A stretch of 64,000 bases of DNA, taken from the IMG/VR virus record IMGVR_UViG_3300028840_004475, positions 64,001 to 128,000 of that record. The stretch is one strand, 5' to 3'. The notes under the pieces are model-generated. The model saw only the letters and a list, made by a program, of their open reading frames with translations, did no database searches and was not told the DNA's origin. Origin of the DNA: a virus. Made by a program: the position numbers and the translations under genes. The first letter of the stretch is position 1; each line of letters begins with the position of its first letter. Positions 1 through 12,400 of the stretch are shown piece by piece.

Positions 1-1285
1 ACTGATTTATATCGAATGCGCTGAGATAGCTCATGGTTATGTAAGCACTTGTACCATTAAGTCTACGAGCACGTTTGAAGTCGAGTTTATCGTCTGACAC
101 AGCGATAATAGACGTATTCACCTCAGTTAAATCATGATTCGAACCATTAATCTGTTCTACGTTATAGACAGTGCCTAAGTTCGGGCTGTCCATGCGCCAG
201 AGCCCCATAGTCTGTCTGATAATGCCAGGCTGGTACTGATGTATGAAACGCGCAAGTCTAGCCGCAGTAGTGAACGACCACTCGTAGTCAGTGAGCCAGT
301 TGCCACGATTATCGGCAACCGACAATCTGACGACTACAGATTTACTTGGTCCAATATCTTGCGTCGTATCGAAGTTAAATCGAAAACCGTTTGTAATCGC
401 AGACCGCAGTGAATTAGTACCAGTGTAGATACCCATAAAACTGTCGGTCGATCCGTCATATGCTAGTTGTTCATAGCCATTAATTGAGACATATACAGTG
501 CACGTAGAATAGTCGATGCCGACGCCAGTGGCGGCCGAAACGACGTCGAAATAAAATTCGGTATCTGGGTCCGCGCTAGGTTCTGGACTCGTTGCAGTTA
601 CTACTGGTTCTGGATCGTTAAACAACCGCATGACCTGATCCGGTGTCATGCTGTAGTCATAGTGCTGCACGAGATTCAGGCAGCCGTCTCCCAAGTATGC
701 TGTCGTACCAGCAGGAACTTCAAGCATCCGTGGTGCACCACCCGGATTGTCTACGTCTGTGGACGCTGGCAGTGTATTGTTCTCACCAACAAGGCAGCCA
801 TTGATATAGACGCTCAGGAGTGCATGATCTCGGACCATGACCATGTCTAGGAACCCCATACCCACGCCCACCGAGCGGCTGCTACCGGCAACCACAGAAT
901 AAACAGTGCCGCCGATAACGACAAAACCGCCTGCGTAATCGCCAGTCGATGTAAAATACATTCCAAAAGCGTAGCCGAAGGGACTATATTCATATCTCCA
1001 GATATAGTAGTATGACGACCCACCAGAAGACGTGATCTTGTCACATCTCACCAATGCCCGCATGGTGAAGTTGAGACCCAGAGGGTCAAACTCCGAAGGG
1101 GCTGACGCGAGACTGGCACCTGATGTACCGTTGGCGGCCGACTTACCATCGGCGAAGATCCCAGGCTCGTTGTCCAGCGTTCCGTAAGAGGTGAGAGCTG
1201 GTTTGGATTGTGATGTGCCCAGGTCAGCAAAAGGACTGGAACCGTCAAAGGCCCACTCGTGAACCGGTGGCGTTAGTTTGGCCAT
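1..1285 (-). CDS. LamG/concanavalin-like tail protein, partial (runs off the window start)
   Basis: Manually translated: ATG at 1285 overlaps the upstream TAA; frame is open to base 1 (MAKLTPPVHEWAFDG...LSVYINGCLVG...). Absent from the ORF track because it has no stop in the window. Confidence 0.75.
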   Translation of the reverse strand, partial: MAKLTPPVHEWAFDGSSPFADLGTSQSKPALTSYGTLDNEPGIFADGKSAANGTSGASLASAPSEFDPLGLNFTMRALVRCDKITSSGGSSYYYIWRYEYSPFGYAFGMYFTSTGDYAGGFVVIGGTVYSVVAGSSRSVGVGMGFLDMVMVRDHALLSVYINGCLVGENNTLPASTDVDNPGGAPRMLEVPAGTTAYLGDGCLNLVQHYDYSMTPDQVMRLFNDPEPVVTATSPEPSADPDTEFYFDVVSAATGVGIDYSTCTVYVSINGYEQLAYDGSTDSFMGIYTGTNSLRSAITNGFRFNFDTTQDIGPSKSVVVRLSVADNRGNWLTDYEWSFTTAARLARFIHQYQPGIIRQTMGLWRMDSPNLGTVYNVEQINGSNHDLTEVNTSIIAVSDDKLDFKRARRLNGTSAYITMSYLSAFDINQ

Positions 1286-3417
1286 TACGCACGCACCTTC
1301 AGGTTCGCGGCCCTATAAAGGTTGAACACTTCGACGGGTTCTAACACTCTCGGGTACCAGGCCCATGCCAACATGTCGGCATCGAGTGGATAAAGAGGTG
1401 TGTCGTAGGCAACGCCCTGCTGTACGGCTTTAGTATTATCGCCACCGGTATATGATCCGGTTTCTGATTCCGTGGTCACTACAGCCGGGTGGTCATCGAA
1501 AAAGAGCCGGATTTTTCCATCGGCCTGCGAAAACGTGACCGTGATCATGTACAGCCTATCGGCCACAACCAGCTCGTTTGTAAGCGGTTTGCCGACGACA
1601 AGTAGGTAGTTGGAGCTGTCGGTACTGATTTTCATGGCCACGTCGCTTGAGCTTTGCAGCTGTAACGAGGCTGTCGGGCCCGTTGTCAGATCCCCTTTCG
1701 AAATCAACGTTTGCAGAGTGCTGACGTCGTTGAACTGCACCCAGCTCACCCATGAAAAGTCCTGATCGACACTGAAGTCGGCGTGATGGGAGATGGTGAT
1801 GTAGTTTGACGTGCTGCCGTCGTGTGCTCGTCCCTTGTCCGAGATCGCAACGTTGACCAGGTCCACGGTACCTGTCACCGCACCGTCATGATTGCCGACG
1901 CTGTCCTTGACCACCGACGCCGTTTCTCCGGTCTCGTTGTAGTTGTAGACGGCAACCGGATTGCCGAGCGTGGCCGTGGTCAACAATCCGGCAGCCGGGT
2001 TTTTGAAAGCCGTCCACAGCGACCACTGCTCCCAGCACGGTATGGGTTCGTCGGCGAGAAGAAAATCGGCAACCGCACCGTCGAAGAATTCGGCCGATGA
2101 TCTCGCCGCACGACCAAGAGTTACAGGCGTATCTGTTTGGTCGTAGTCCACCACCAGGGGAGTAGAATTCACGTCCCGCGCATCTGCCAAATGACCGTTT
2201 ACGAATAGGCTGACTTTGTAGTCATTGCACGTAGCCATGATCAAAAATGGACCATGCTCCAACTCACCGGCAGCCGTGCCACCGCCGAGTAGATCGCATT
2301 CGCAGACAAGTTCCTGGTCCGTGTCCTCGACCACGACCCAATAGAGCGTGTTGTTCTCGATGTAGAGCTTGTAACCTTCGTTGGGGGAGTCGTCGTAGCG
2401 ACTGACCAAGACCTGGTCGGTTGCACCAATGTCGTCGTCGTCAACAATCCACCATCCAATGACTGTAGGTCGCTGGATGTTTGCGCCCGTCGTCCCGTAG
2501 GAGACGTAGCTGCTGGAACCGTTGAACTCGCGCATGTAGGAGCCCGGAATATTTGATGGGGCCGCACGCGTGGTCATGGAGGTTGCCGACGGCGAACGCG
2601 AGGTTCTGTCGGGAGCGACATTTGTAATCGCGGTCCCATCCCCATCCATCCGCGATAGTATCAGCGCACCTCGGCCCGGAACCGCCTGCCTGTGTTGGTA
2701 CTCATCCAGCTCCTTTGCGCGATCGGCCAGCTCCTGGACCTCGGCGGCGTCAAGAGGCTCGTCCCAGACCTCAAGCATCTCCAGCGCGCCGTAGGTCATG
2801 GCGTCGGTTGACGACCCGTCGCTGAAAATGTAGAAACTACCGCCCGAACCTAGCAGAGTGGCTGGTCCAGTAGACGTGTTGCCGGCAGAAACCCCGTCAA
2901 TAAACCAGGTATAGTACGTAGTGGACCTACGCAGAACAAAGTAGTGCCACTCAAATCGATCAGTATCAATCCAATCTGAGTCAATGACTGTAGTGGTGGT
3001 CGATCCGTTCCAGTATGCAAATCTAAGTTTGTATCGATTTGTCTCGCTGATTTTTTGTATTTTGTAGTGCCGCGCGGAAGACGTACTGGGATGCCACATC
3101 GCCATCACGTCTTCCGTAGCCGGTGCGCCATCTGTCATCGTTACGCGTAGATAAAAGCCGTAGGAAAAACTTTCGGTCGTAAAGCCCTGTAGAGAGCCAC
3201 TACAACTCAACCAGACGCTCGCTCCATTTTTCGGACGCATGCCCTGGACCAGGGCACCAGGGCAGGCTCTGAGCATGGTTCCGGAACCAGTAGCCGGAGT
3301 CCCTTCATCCTGAGCGTCGGTAATGGTTTCGCGTGCGTAGTCGAACGTGCTGTCGCCGCCGCTACGCCAAGTGCCATCATCAAGAGGCCAACGAAGTATT
3401 GGGGTTGGGATCGTCAT
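1285..3417 (-). CDS. Tail protein with about three LamG-like domains
   Basis: Repeated LamG-type motifs (WHYFVLRR..WFIDG, SLFVNG, RLFFDD, YPRVL...EV..LY); follows the tape measure gene. Confidence 0.8.
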   Translation of the reverse strand: MTIPTPILRWPLDDGTWRSGGDSTFDYARETITDAQDEGTPATGSGTMLRACPGALVQGMRPKNGASVWLSCSGSLQGFTTESFSYGFYLRVTMTDGAPATEDVMAMWHPSTSSARHYKIQKISETNRYKLRFAYWNGSTTTTVIDSDWIDTDRFEWHYFVLRRSTTYYTWFIDGVSAGNTSTGPATLLGSGGSFYIFSDGSSTDAMTYGALEMLEVWDEPLDAAEVQELADRAKELDEYQHRQAVPGRGALILSRMDGDGTAITNVAPDRTSRSPSATSMTTRAAPSNIPGSYMREFNGSSSYVSYGTTGANIQRPTVIGWWIVDDDDIGATDQVLVSRYDDSPNEGYKLYIENNTLYWVVVEDTDQELVCECDLLGGGTAAGELEHGPFLIMATCNDYKVSLFVNGHLADARDVNSTPLVVDYDQTDTPVTLGRAARSSAEFFDGAVADFLLADEPIPCWEQWSLWTAFKNPAAGLLTTATLGNPVAVYNYNETGETASVVKDSVGNHDGAVTGTVDLVNVAISDKGRAHDGSTSNYITISHHADFSVDQDFSWVSWVQFNDVSTLQTLISKGDLTTGPTASLQLQSSSDVAMKISTDSSNYLLVVGKPLTNELVVADRLYMITVTFSQADGKIRLFFDDHPAVVTTESETGSYTGGDNTKAVQQGVAYDTPLYPLDADMLAWAWYPRVLEPVEVFNLYRAANLKVRA

Positions 3418-6400
3418 TTGCGTCTTATACCTGGGATATCCCCGTTCTTACCTTTTTTGGTTATCTCGTTGTAGAAGTCACCGTCTTTGTCTCTCAGCTT
3501 CGTGACGATGTTCTCTTCCACTACCTCGGCAACGTCTTCACCATTGAAGCTACAGTTTTCGAACTTCACTTCAATGTCAAAGTTCTCTTCGTTGGTTATG
3601 TTCTGATTGCCGACTTGCGTCACACCAGAAGAACCATAGTTGCCACCAGCCTCACCTTGCGGTGCGCCGAACAGATTGGCTCCTGAGTTCAGAGCGGCTA
3701 TACCTGCCGGTCCGCCAGCTGCTGCAACGCCTTGCGCAGTCAGAACACCCTCGCCGTGCTGCAGTACGGCGATGCCTTCGTTGGCTCGCAGGTTCTGTAT
3801 GCGACTCAGGTCATCGCTCTTCCCAAAGATGCCGCCATCGTGGAGGACGCCGCCGAATCCCAGAAGGCCGCTACCCTGACCACCGATGTTGGCAACGGTC
3901 GGAACATTGCCACCAGCTGCGTCTCCAGCTGCTTGGTTGACATTCTGAGCAGTCTCGACCGCGGCCTCACCGAAGCTGGACGTGGCTTCTGATACTTGTT
4001 CCAAGCCTGGGATGCTGTTCAGGAAGTCAGAGATGAGCTGGAACACGGCGGACAGAGCCGTGACGAGTCCGGTCTGGAGAGTTGCGGCCAGCTCGTTCAC
4101 GAAGCCAGTGACGGTTTCGATGACGGACCACAGGGCCTCGAGGGCTGGAATGAGGCTACCGCCCCACAGAGCGTGTTCGATCGCCTTGAGTACGATTTCC
4201 AAGTACCTCAATGGCAGAAGGAACTTTTCAACCGCATGCGTTGCAGTACTGAGAGCATCCTCGATTATGCGGGCGCCCTCATGTATTTCTTGGCTGGCAA
4301 GATCCAACCATCTTGTCCACACCAACATGGCATCATTGATCACACCAAGGAACAGAGCCGCTTGTCCGATGATGTAGTTCACCGCTTCAAATATAACCAC
4401 AAGTAAGAGTAGAGGTGCGAGCAACAATAGAATCACGCCGATCAGAGGAAGCAACCCGATAGTGATCAGAATCTCTATGACCGGTGTAAGAGCCTCTAGT
4501 ACTGGCAACATCAGGAGCAAAACGTCTGCAACGATTTGCAGGACTGGGACAAGAGCTTTCGCGATAACGTCTATCACGCCTCCGAACACTCTGAAGAACG
4601 TAGACGCGAGCTTGGAAAACGACTTCACCACTAAGTTGATGATGGTAACCAGAATAGTGATGATTCTGACGAACGGCTTCAACACTGCTTCGATGAGGAC
4701 TGTGAAGAACGGTATTAGCTGCACCAGTATATTTATTATTGAGGTGAATACCGATATCAACGAAACAGCAACCGTAGCAACGCCGCCGATAACGGTTATG
4801 GCAGCGCTGAGGATTTCAAAGACTACCCCTACAACTTCACTCAAGCTTCCGAAGATGGCGCTAGCCAGCACACTGACGAGTGGTGTCAGTTGTTTTATGG
4901 CGTTGACGAAAACACCCAGCACATCTTGTGCTGAACCACTGAACATGGACAAGACATCAACTAGCTCCGATATGAGGTCGAAGATGCCACCTTGCACGAG
5001 CGCGATGAACTCGGCAAACGGACCAGAGAACGCGTTCAGGAGACCACCGACCGCAGTAGCAACTTGACCCAACACTGCAACCATCGGCGTGAAAAGCGTC
5101 AGCAACTGGACGAAGGTATCGAACAGTGGCAACACGCTGTTCAACATCGGTATGAAAGCTACTGTCACGACCTCATCGAAGACGGTTATGAGAGAGCCTG
5201 ATATTGACGCCATGCTGGTCATTAGGCCAACGACTACCGGCAGCACGCTGGAAATCGATTCCAGGGCACCGAACAGGACGCCGAACAAGTTCTCGATCCC
5301 TGGCACTTCAAGGTCGCCTCCGGCGAAGCCGCCGATGAAGTTCTTGAAGCTGTCCATGATGGCCGTACCGATTTCCTGCAGTACGGCTGGATCTGCCAGG
5401 GTTGAGGCCACGATGCTGATGATCTCGAAGCCGGCAGTAGCCAGCTCCGGGGCTGCCGCCAGGATGGCCCCTACGAGGGCCGTGACGACGCCTGGAGCGG
5501 CTTCGGCGAATGCTGTGGCGAGCGGGATACCCACGTTGTTGAAGACGCTCAGAAGGGCGTCCAGGAGGCTGCTCACGATCGGCCCGATCTGGTCGATGAG
5601 GCCTGTCTGGAGGAGCGCCTGGAGGGTAGCCCCTATGGACTCGCCGATATCGTCAAAAAGTGCCGGTAACGTAGCTGCTGCTGCGACGATGAACTTGGCG
5701 AATTGCTCGACGAAGACCGGCCCCAGCGTGATGAGGGCATCTCCGATCGCTGGTACCGCCTCCTCGAATGCTCTGATGAAATCATCAACAATTCCAGGTA
5801 GTTCCTGTACCAGGAGAGCGGTCACGGTCTCGAGGTTGGAGGCGAAATTGTCGATGAAGCGCTGGATGGCAACCGGCAGCTCTTCCTGGATCGCAGTAGC
5901 CAGGGCCTCGATCTCATCCTGGCCCATCAGACCCAGCTGCACGATGACCGGGATGATGCTCAGTGCGGCCTGAATGATGGTGTTGACCACGGTGTTGAAG
6001 GCCTCGAAGATGGCCCCGGCGATTGGCACCAGGCTCTTCAGAGCCTCACCAACGACACCACCGATGATGGCACCAGCGGCCACACCCACGACTGCACCGG
6101 CCGGTCCGCCGGCCACTCCACCTGCAGCTCCAGCGCCGAATGCACCAGCGGCTGCGCCGCCAACGGCACCCCCACCGCCGACGAGGCCTCCGATGAGCTG
6201 GCCTGCAGCCCCACCGAGCTGTCCGAACAAGTCGAAGAAATTCAGAGCGAGCCCCTGCATGGACTGCCCGACTTCACTCGTGAACTCGAAGAACTTATTC
6301 GTCAAGTCGCCCAGGACGTCAGTGAAACGCCCGAAGAAATCTTGGATGAAATCGCCGAGAACCTTGTCCATTTCTTCGGCGACGTTCTCTGTGCCTTCTG

Positions 6401-9400
6401 CAAGGCTGGCGTTCGTGTCAGCGTTGAGATCTTCCAGACGGTTGAAGTAGTCGAAGTAGGAGATCTCATTTCTCTTGAGCTGCTCTACCAGGTCTCCTCT
6501 GCTCTTCAGATACGAATCGACTATCTTGTCTACGGCCTCATCGTTCTTCGAGACTATCTCACCAAGAGAAGTCAAGAAGTCGCCAACGAAGAAATCGAAG
6601 GCTGCTGGGATCGCAGATATGAAGGTCTCAGAGATGATGTCGCTGATCTTTTGGATCGCCCTAACTAACCTGGCGCCGAACGCATTCAGGAGGTCCGAGG
6701 CAAACTTGTTCGTAGTAGAATTTGCCTGGCTCACGTGACGCTTGAAAGCGTTCATAGCCGCGCTCACATCACTGAGTGCGCTCTGTCCAGTGAGGCCAAA
6801 CTTCTTCTGCAGTTCGATGGCCTTCTTCTGGTTTCTCTCTGCAGTCTCTTGCGCCTTCGCTCGCTCTTCTGAAGCTTTCGCTACTATGCTCTGTCCCTTG
6901 GACGTCTCTGCATTGAGCTGCTTCACGGAATCTGAAGTGGCTTCCGTGTTCTTGTCGGCCTCTACCATAACGCTGGCAAAGTCTGCGCCGGTATCTGCTA
7001 CGTCTACGAATGTATCAACCGTTTCAGGCTTGATTTCGATTTCAGCACTAGCTGGCCGCACATCGAGTATCTTGGTACCGATCTCGATGAGCTTCTCAAG
7101 GTTCCTGATTACACCGCTACGCAGTTCGAAGATGAGATCGTTTCTGAAGATGTCGATGGCTCTAATCAAGTCGACTGCAGAACCAGAAGCGGCACCTCCG
7201 AATTGGTACCTGGCAACACCGCCAGAGCGATAGCCAACAGGTCCGCCGTGCTTGAAGCCACGTACATTGGCTCTCACGTCGTCTGTCGCGTTGATGAAGT
7301 CGAAGAAGCCAAGTTCTCCGCGGTCGCGCTTCCTGTTCAACGAAGCCAGTTCTTGGATGAACTCTGGCTGCAAGAACTGATTGAAGAAGCCAGTGCCCAG
7401 CGCACCAACAACACCTCGAGGGATGACGAACTCACCGGGCTCGAGAAGCGCTGGGATGATGTCGCCAAGGCCTGACCCTGGGACTGTACCGCCAGCCTGG
7501 AAACCAGCAGCAGCGCCGGTTCCTCCAAGACCAACAAGTGCAGTTGATTCGATCTTGCTTATTTTGTCTATGAAAGCTGCAACAGAATCTTCATCTGCTT
7601 CTATCTCGACCTTTGTAGGAGACAGATTAGCCAGATCAGAACGAAGTTTTTCGTAGCCTTCCTCGTATGAGAACGTGATTCGGATGGTATCTTGCTGCAG
7701 AATTTCTTTAGATTCTTCAGCAATCTCTATTTTAGAAAGTTCTTTGAATGTCGCAGCAACATCCTCAAGTCTTTCAATTGACAGGCCGAGTAACTCTTCC
7801 CTTCTACCTGGTCCGATGTCTTCTTTCGGAATGGCTGCTACAATTTCTTCTTTTCTCTCTTTTTCAAATCCCTTTGCAATTCCTTCCAACAAATCAGTAC
7901 TGAATTTCTCATATTGCTCACTAGTGGGACCACCTGCGGCAACGATTCTATCAACAAGAGCTTCTCTTTTCGATTCGTCTGCTTTTGTATGCGCAACTAG
8001 TTCTTCCATCGCTGTATTAAACTTAATAAGCTCATCGATTGACAGCTTAGAAAGTTCTTGTCGCTTTTCATCTGCTAAATCAACTTTGGATGCTATGGAA
8101 GCTAGTAGAGTATCTCTCTTTTTGTCCTCTTCAAATTGTTCTTTGGTGCGCGGATCTTGAGTCTCAATATAAGAACTTTCCTTCGCGAAGAATTCCAGCT
8201 GTTCAAATGCTTTAGCGACCTCGCTATTTTTTGTTATCAAGTCATCAAGACGTGCTTTGTCTTCTTGACTAAGTTTGAAATCTGGAGGTATTTCATTGCC
8301 ACTCCAGACACGTAGTAATTCAGCCATTGCTTGCTCAATAAGACCAAGCTTTTCTACGTTAAGATAGGTACCATTTTTCAAATCATCAAGAAGCGACGGT
8401 ACCAACGACTCTCTCAATATGGCTTCACTAGTACCTGAAATTGCCAATCCACCAGTCTGGTAGCCAACAGGACCACCGTGCTTGTACCCAAGAATACCCT
8501 TGATGGCTTGTGCACGATGAATGGCGTCAGGGTTCCTGAAGTTCTCAAAGAACGAGACGCCGAATGCTTCAACGGCAGAGCGCGGTATGACGAACTCGCC
8601 TGGCTCGAGAAGCGCTGGAATGATGTCGCCCTCGCCAACGCCAGGAACCATACCACCTGTCTGGTACTTCTTGATGACGGCAGGAACGATGCCGAGACCC
8701 TCAACCACTACTCTGATCTCAGTACCGTCAAGACCGTCCAGCTTGTTGGCGATGTCACGCAGCTCAGATGCTACGTCGCGCATTGGGTCTATGACCTCAA
8801 GCAGCGATTCGGACATACGCTCAATCTGGTCGTTGGTAGCAAGCGTGACCTTTTCAAGGTCAGCCATCTTCTCAACGGGTATGGCGGCTGCAGCTGTTTT
8901 CAAAGCAGTAGCGTAGTCGGTTTCTAGACCAACTATCCGCGACAACTTGTTCACGCTGTCTGTCAACTGATTGGCAAATTCGTCAGTGAACTGACCCTCA
9001 GCTAGAGCCCTACTGAACTCGTTGGTCTGTCGATTCAGTGAATTGATGATCTCCTGTACTTTGCTGAGCCGTTCGACACTTCTTGTGATCTCGTCTTTCG
9101 ATGCACCGAAGTTCTCTTTGATGCCTTCTGCGATGACCTTGAGAGCTGCCAGTCGCCCGGACACAACGCCCGGGTCAAGCGTCTGCTCGATCGGGTCAAG
9201 CTGCTCGACATTGTCTGCCATCTGCTTGTACAGCGTGTTGGCAAGTCCAAGATTTCCGGTGTCGATTGCTGTAGAGATCAACTCCAGAGCATTGTCGAAT
9301 CTAGCCGTCTTGATGTCGTTCTGAAGTTCGATCAAAGCCTTCTGCTGGTCGTTGTACTCCTTCAGCAAGCGAAGCGCATCGCCGAACGCACCACCTATGT

Positions 9401-12400
9401 TGTCGACATCTACTTCGCCTCTGCGGAGTTGAGCGAACAACTCTTTGGCGACACCTTGCGGACCAATGCGAGAGATCTCTGTCCAGGTCAGCTTCAGCTC
9501 ATCGGAGAAGTAGAGCAGCGAACTGAACGGTCCAGTGTCGAACTGTTGTGTGACGAAACCAGACAGTATGTCGTTCACCTCGCTAGCGTTTGTAGCGATG
9601 GCCTGGTACTGACGCTCGTAGATATCGAGTAGCTGCTGGTTGAGCTTGACTTCTTTTGTCAAGTTGTCTTTGAGATTCTTCTTCTCAACTTCGAAGATTG
9701 CAACTGCTAAACCATACTGGTCCTTTGCAGCAGCGGTCAGACGCAATTGCTGTTCGGTTGACAGCGCTTCTGAGTCCCTGCGCTGCGAATCTATCTCACG
9801 CTGAAGCGCCAGGAATCTCGTCAGGCCGGCGATGAACTTGAGTTGGACTCCAAGACGTCTGTTCTCTATTCCTTGTGTCGTCTTCTCAATGCCAAGGATC
9901 TTCAGCGCCTTGTCAGTGATGCCGGAGAAAGCAGCGGCTTCTGTAGCTATGGTGCGCAGGATACCGAACCTGACATTCGACTCCTGGATGCTGAGTTCAA
10001 GCAGTTCTCTACGGTCATCGAGAAGTTCTGCTTCTGCGGCTGCTGCTTTGGCACGAACAGTGAAACTTTGTGAATCAAGCCTGACGCCTTTTTCTTTGTC
10101 TTTTGCAATTCTCTGTTCGCGACTGCCGATTTCTTCGATGAGCCTTCTCTGCTTTTGCAGGTTTGCCGTGAGTTTGCTGTTGCCAGACTGAAGCAATTCA
10201 GTCTTGTCTATTGCGTCTCTGATGGCATTCGAACGACTGCGTGATGCCGCGATCAACTTCTCAGTAGCTTTGAGTATCGCTTCGTTGTTCTGAGCTTCCC
10301 TCAGAGAGAGGATTTCGATGTCTTCCAGGACAACGTGTAGTTCTGCAGCTCTACGCTTTCTTTCTTCAAAAGCGTTCACTGTGTCAACGGCGACACCAAG
10401 CTGAGCCCTTGCAGTGTTGAGACTCTTGTCACCAAGCTGACTCGAACGACGATTTATTCCCAGCGTCTGAATGGTTGCCTTGATGAGTTCTTGCTCTGCA
10501 TTCAGATGGTCAATGCGTTGTTTGGCACCAGCCTTCAGTACGTTGTTTACCTGTTCCTGCTGGGTAACTGCTACCGCACGAGCCTTTTCGCTTGTGTCGC
10601 TAGAAGCGCTGATGTTCTTGAGGCTTTCCTTTTGGATATCAAGTTCATCTTTGATCAAATTCTTGCGTTGACTGGTGAGACTGATCTCTCTCTTGACGTT
10701 GCCCAAGCGACTGAGGCTAGCAACAGACGCAATTCTCTCGGACTTGTTCAGGGCACCAAGGAATTTCGTGATGTCAAACAAAGCCTGCACACTTGCCAAC
10801 TGTGTGAACAGCAATGTGTGGTTGAGTTCGTTGATATTACCGAACAGTTGCTCTACGCGTCCAAGCGCTGCCGCGTTTTCTCTCGTGATCTCATTGAGCC
10901 TTACCTGGTCAGTGATACCATTCGCACGTAGCTTCAGCTGTTGTCTGAGACGCTCAATGATCGTACTTTGCAGCGTCGCGAGACCTGCAACGGCCTGGGC
11001 TCTTTGTTCTTCAGTGGCAGCAGTCTTTTCGACCAAACCAAGATCGTATTGCCTAATGAACGACACCCTGCGCGACAGTTCTATGGCTTCCTTCTGGTTG
11101 ATGAATGATGAGCGCAAAATGTTGCGGTTCTTGTTGACGGCGGTCTGGATGTTGCTGACCAATGTGTTGGCGAAGATTGTGCCGGCTCTCTCGACTTCTT
11201 GCGGATTAACGATGAGGCTTGGCAAATCTTCTGCGAAAGTAGCTGTAGCTCCTGTGACTTTGTCGAGTGTGTCTTCAAAGTCGCCTTCGAGTCTGGCTAT
11301 AGAATCACGAAGTGCTTGTAACTCAGTGTCATCGATGATGACGTCGAATTTGAATAGACTGAAAATCTGCAGACTCTTAGCGGCGTCTGCCAACGATTGC
11401 ATCGTGACTGTAATACCTGAAATCTCTTGCCCGAACCGTAGAGCCTTTACCTTCTCCATGGCATTTACGGTTGTACTGAATGCATCTGCAGTTGTAAGAG
11501 CCTCTTCTTTGACAAGACCCAATGATGTGAATAACGATCTGGCTTGATTTGAAGCTTCAGAGAATTTGATTGCAAGTCGTGGCGACTCTTTTATGAGCAG
11601 CTTCCACTGTTTAAATACTTCAGAAGATTCTTCTTTTGCATCTTTTAGAGCTGCTCTGGCTTCATAACTTGCGGATCTAAGCGCCCTCAATTGCTGTACG
11701 TCTGTAGTAGCGCTGATCGATTTGTTGAATCTAGCAACCTCAGGACCAAATTTACGTATGTCCTTGTTTGCTTGCTGAATTGTAGACAAGACATCGTCAA
11801 GAGATTTCTTGAACTCGCTTTCTCTCTCTTGTTCGTCTTGTTTCTGAAGTTGTTCTAAGATACGAAGCTGCACACCAACTTTGTCATTAAAGACAGCCAG
11901 ATCACCACCGGCTGCTATTGCTGCCTCAGCTAGATCTCCATACTTGCCAGCAACGTTTCCGATTGCGATAGCAGCTTCGTCAGTACTCAACGCACCGTTG
12001 TCAACTTGTTGTTGAAGAAGTTCAAGTTCTCTGCGTGTGTTTTTGATTGAGTCGATCTGTTTCTGCCGCTCGTTTATCTCAGTAGTCATCTCCTTGATGG
12101 CTTCGCGACTCGCTTCAACACTTTCAGCAACTGTTTTGCTGAAGATTAAGTACGCTGCAGTAGCTGCAGCAATAGCAGCAATAATAAGCCCTATGACCAG
12201 AAGATAAGGGTTCGTCAACCACAGAGCGTGCATCTGCAACTGCACTGCTACCAAAGCCAAACGCAAGCCGCCGAGTGCACCAGTCAACGTCAACGTGGTG
12301 CCGGTCATAGCAGTAATGCCGAGCGCTGCACCAGCAGTAGTGCCGGCGAGTAGACCGGTCACCAAGTTCACCGCCAGCATGACGACTTTCAAAGCCAAAA

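Noticed and set aside
847-1248. Small ORFs 847..1044 and 1048..1248
   Set aside because: Out-of-frame overlaps of the long minus-strand CDS that starts at 1285.
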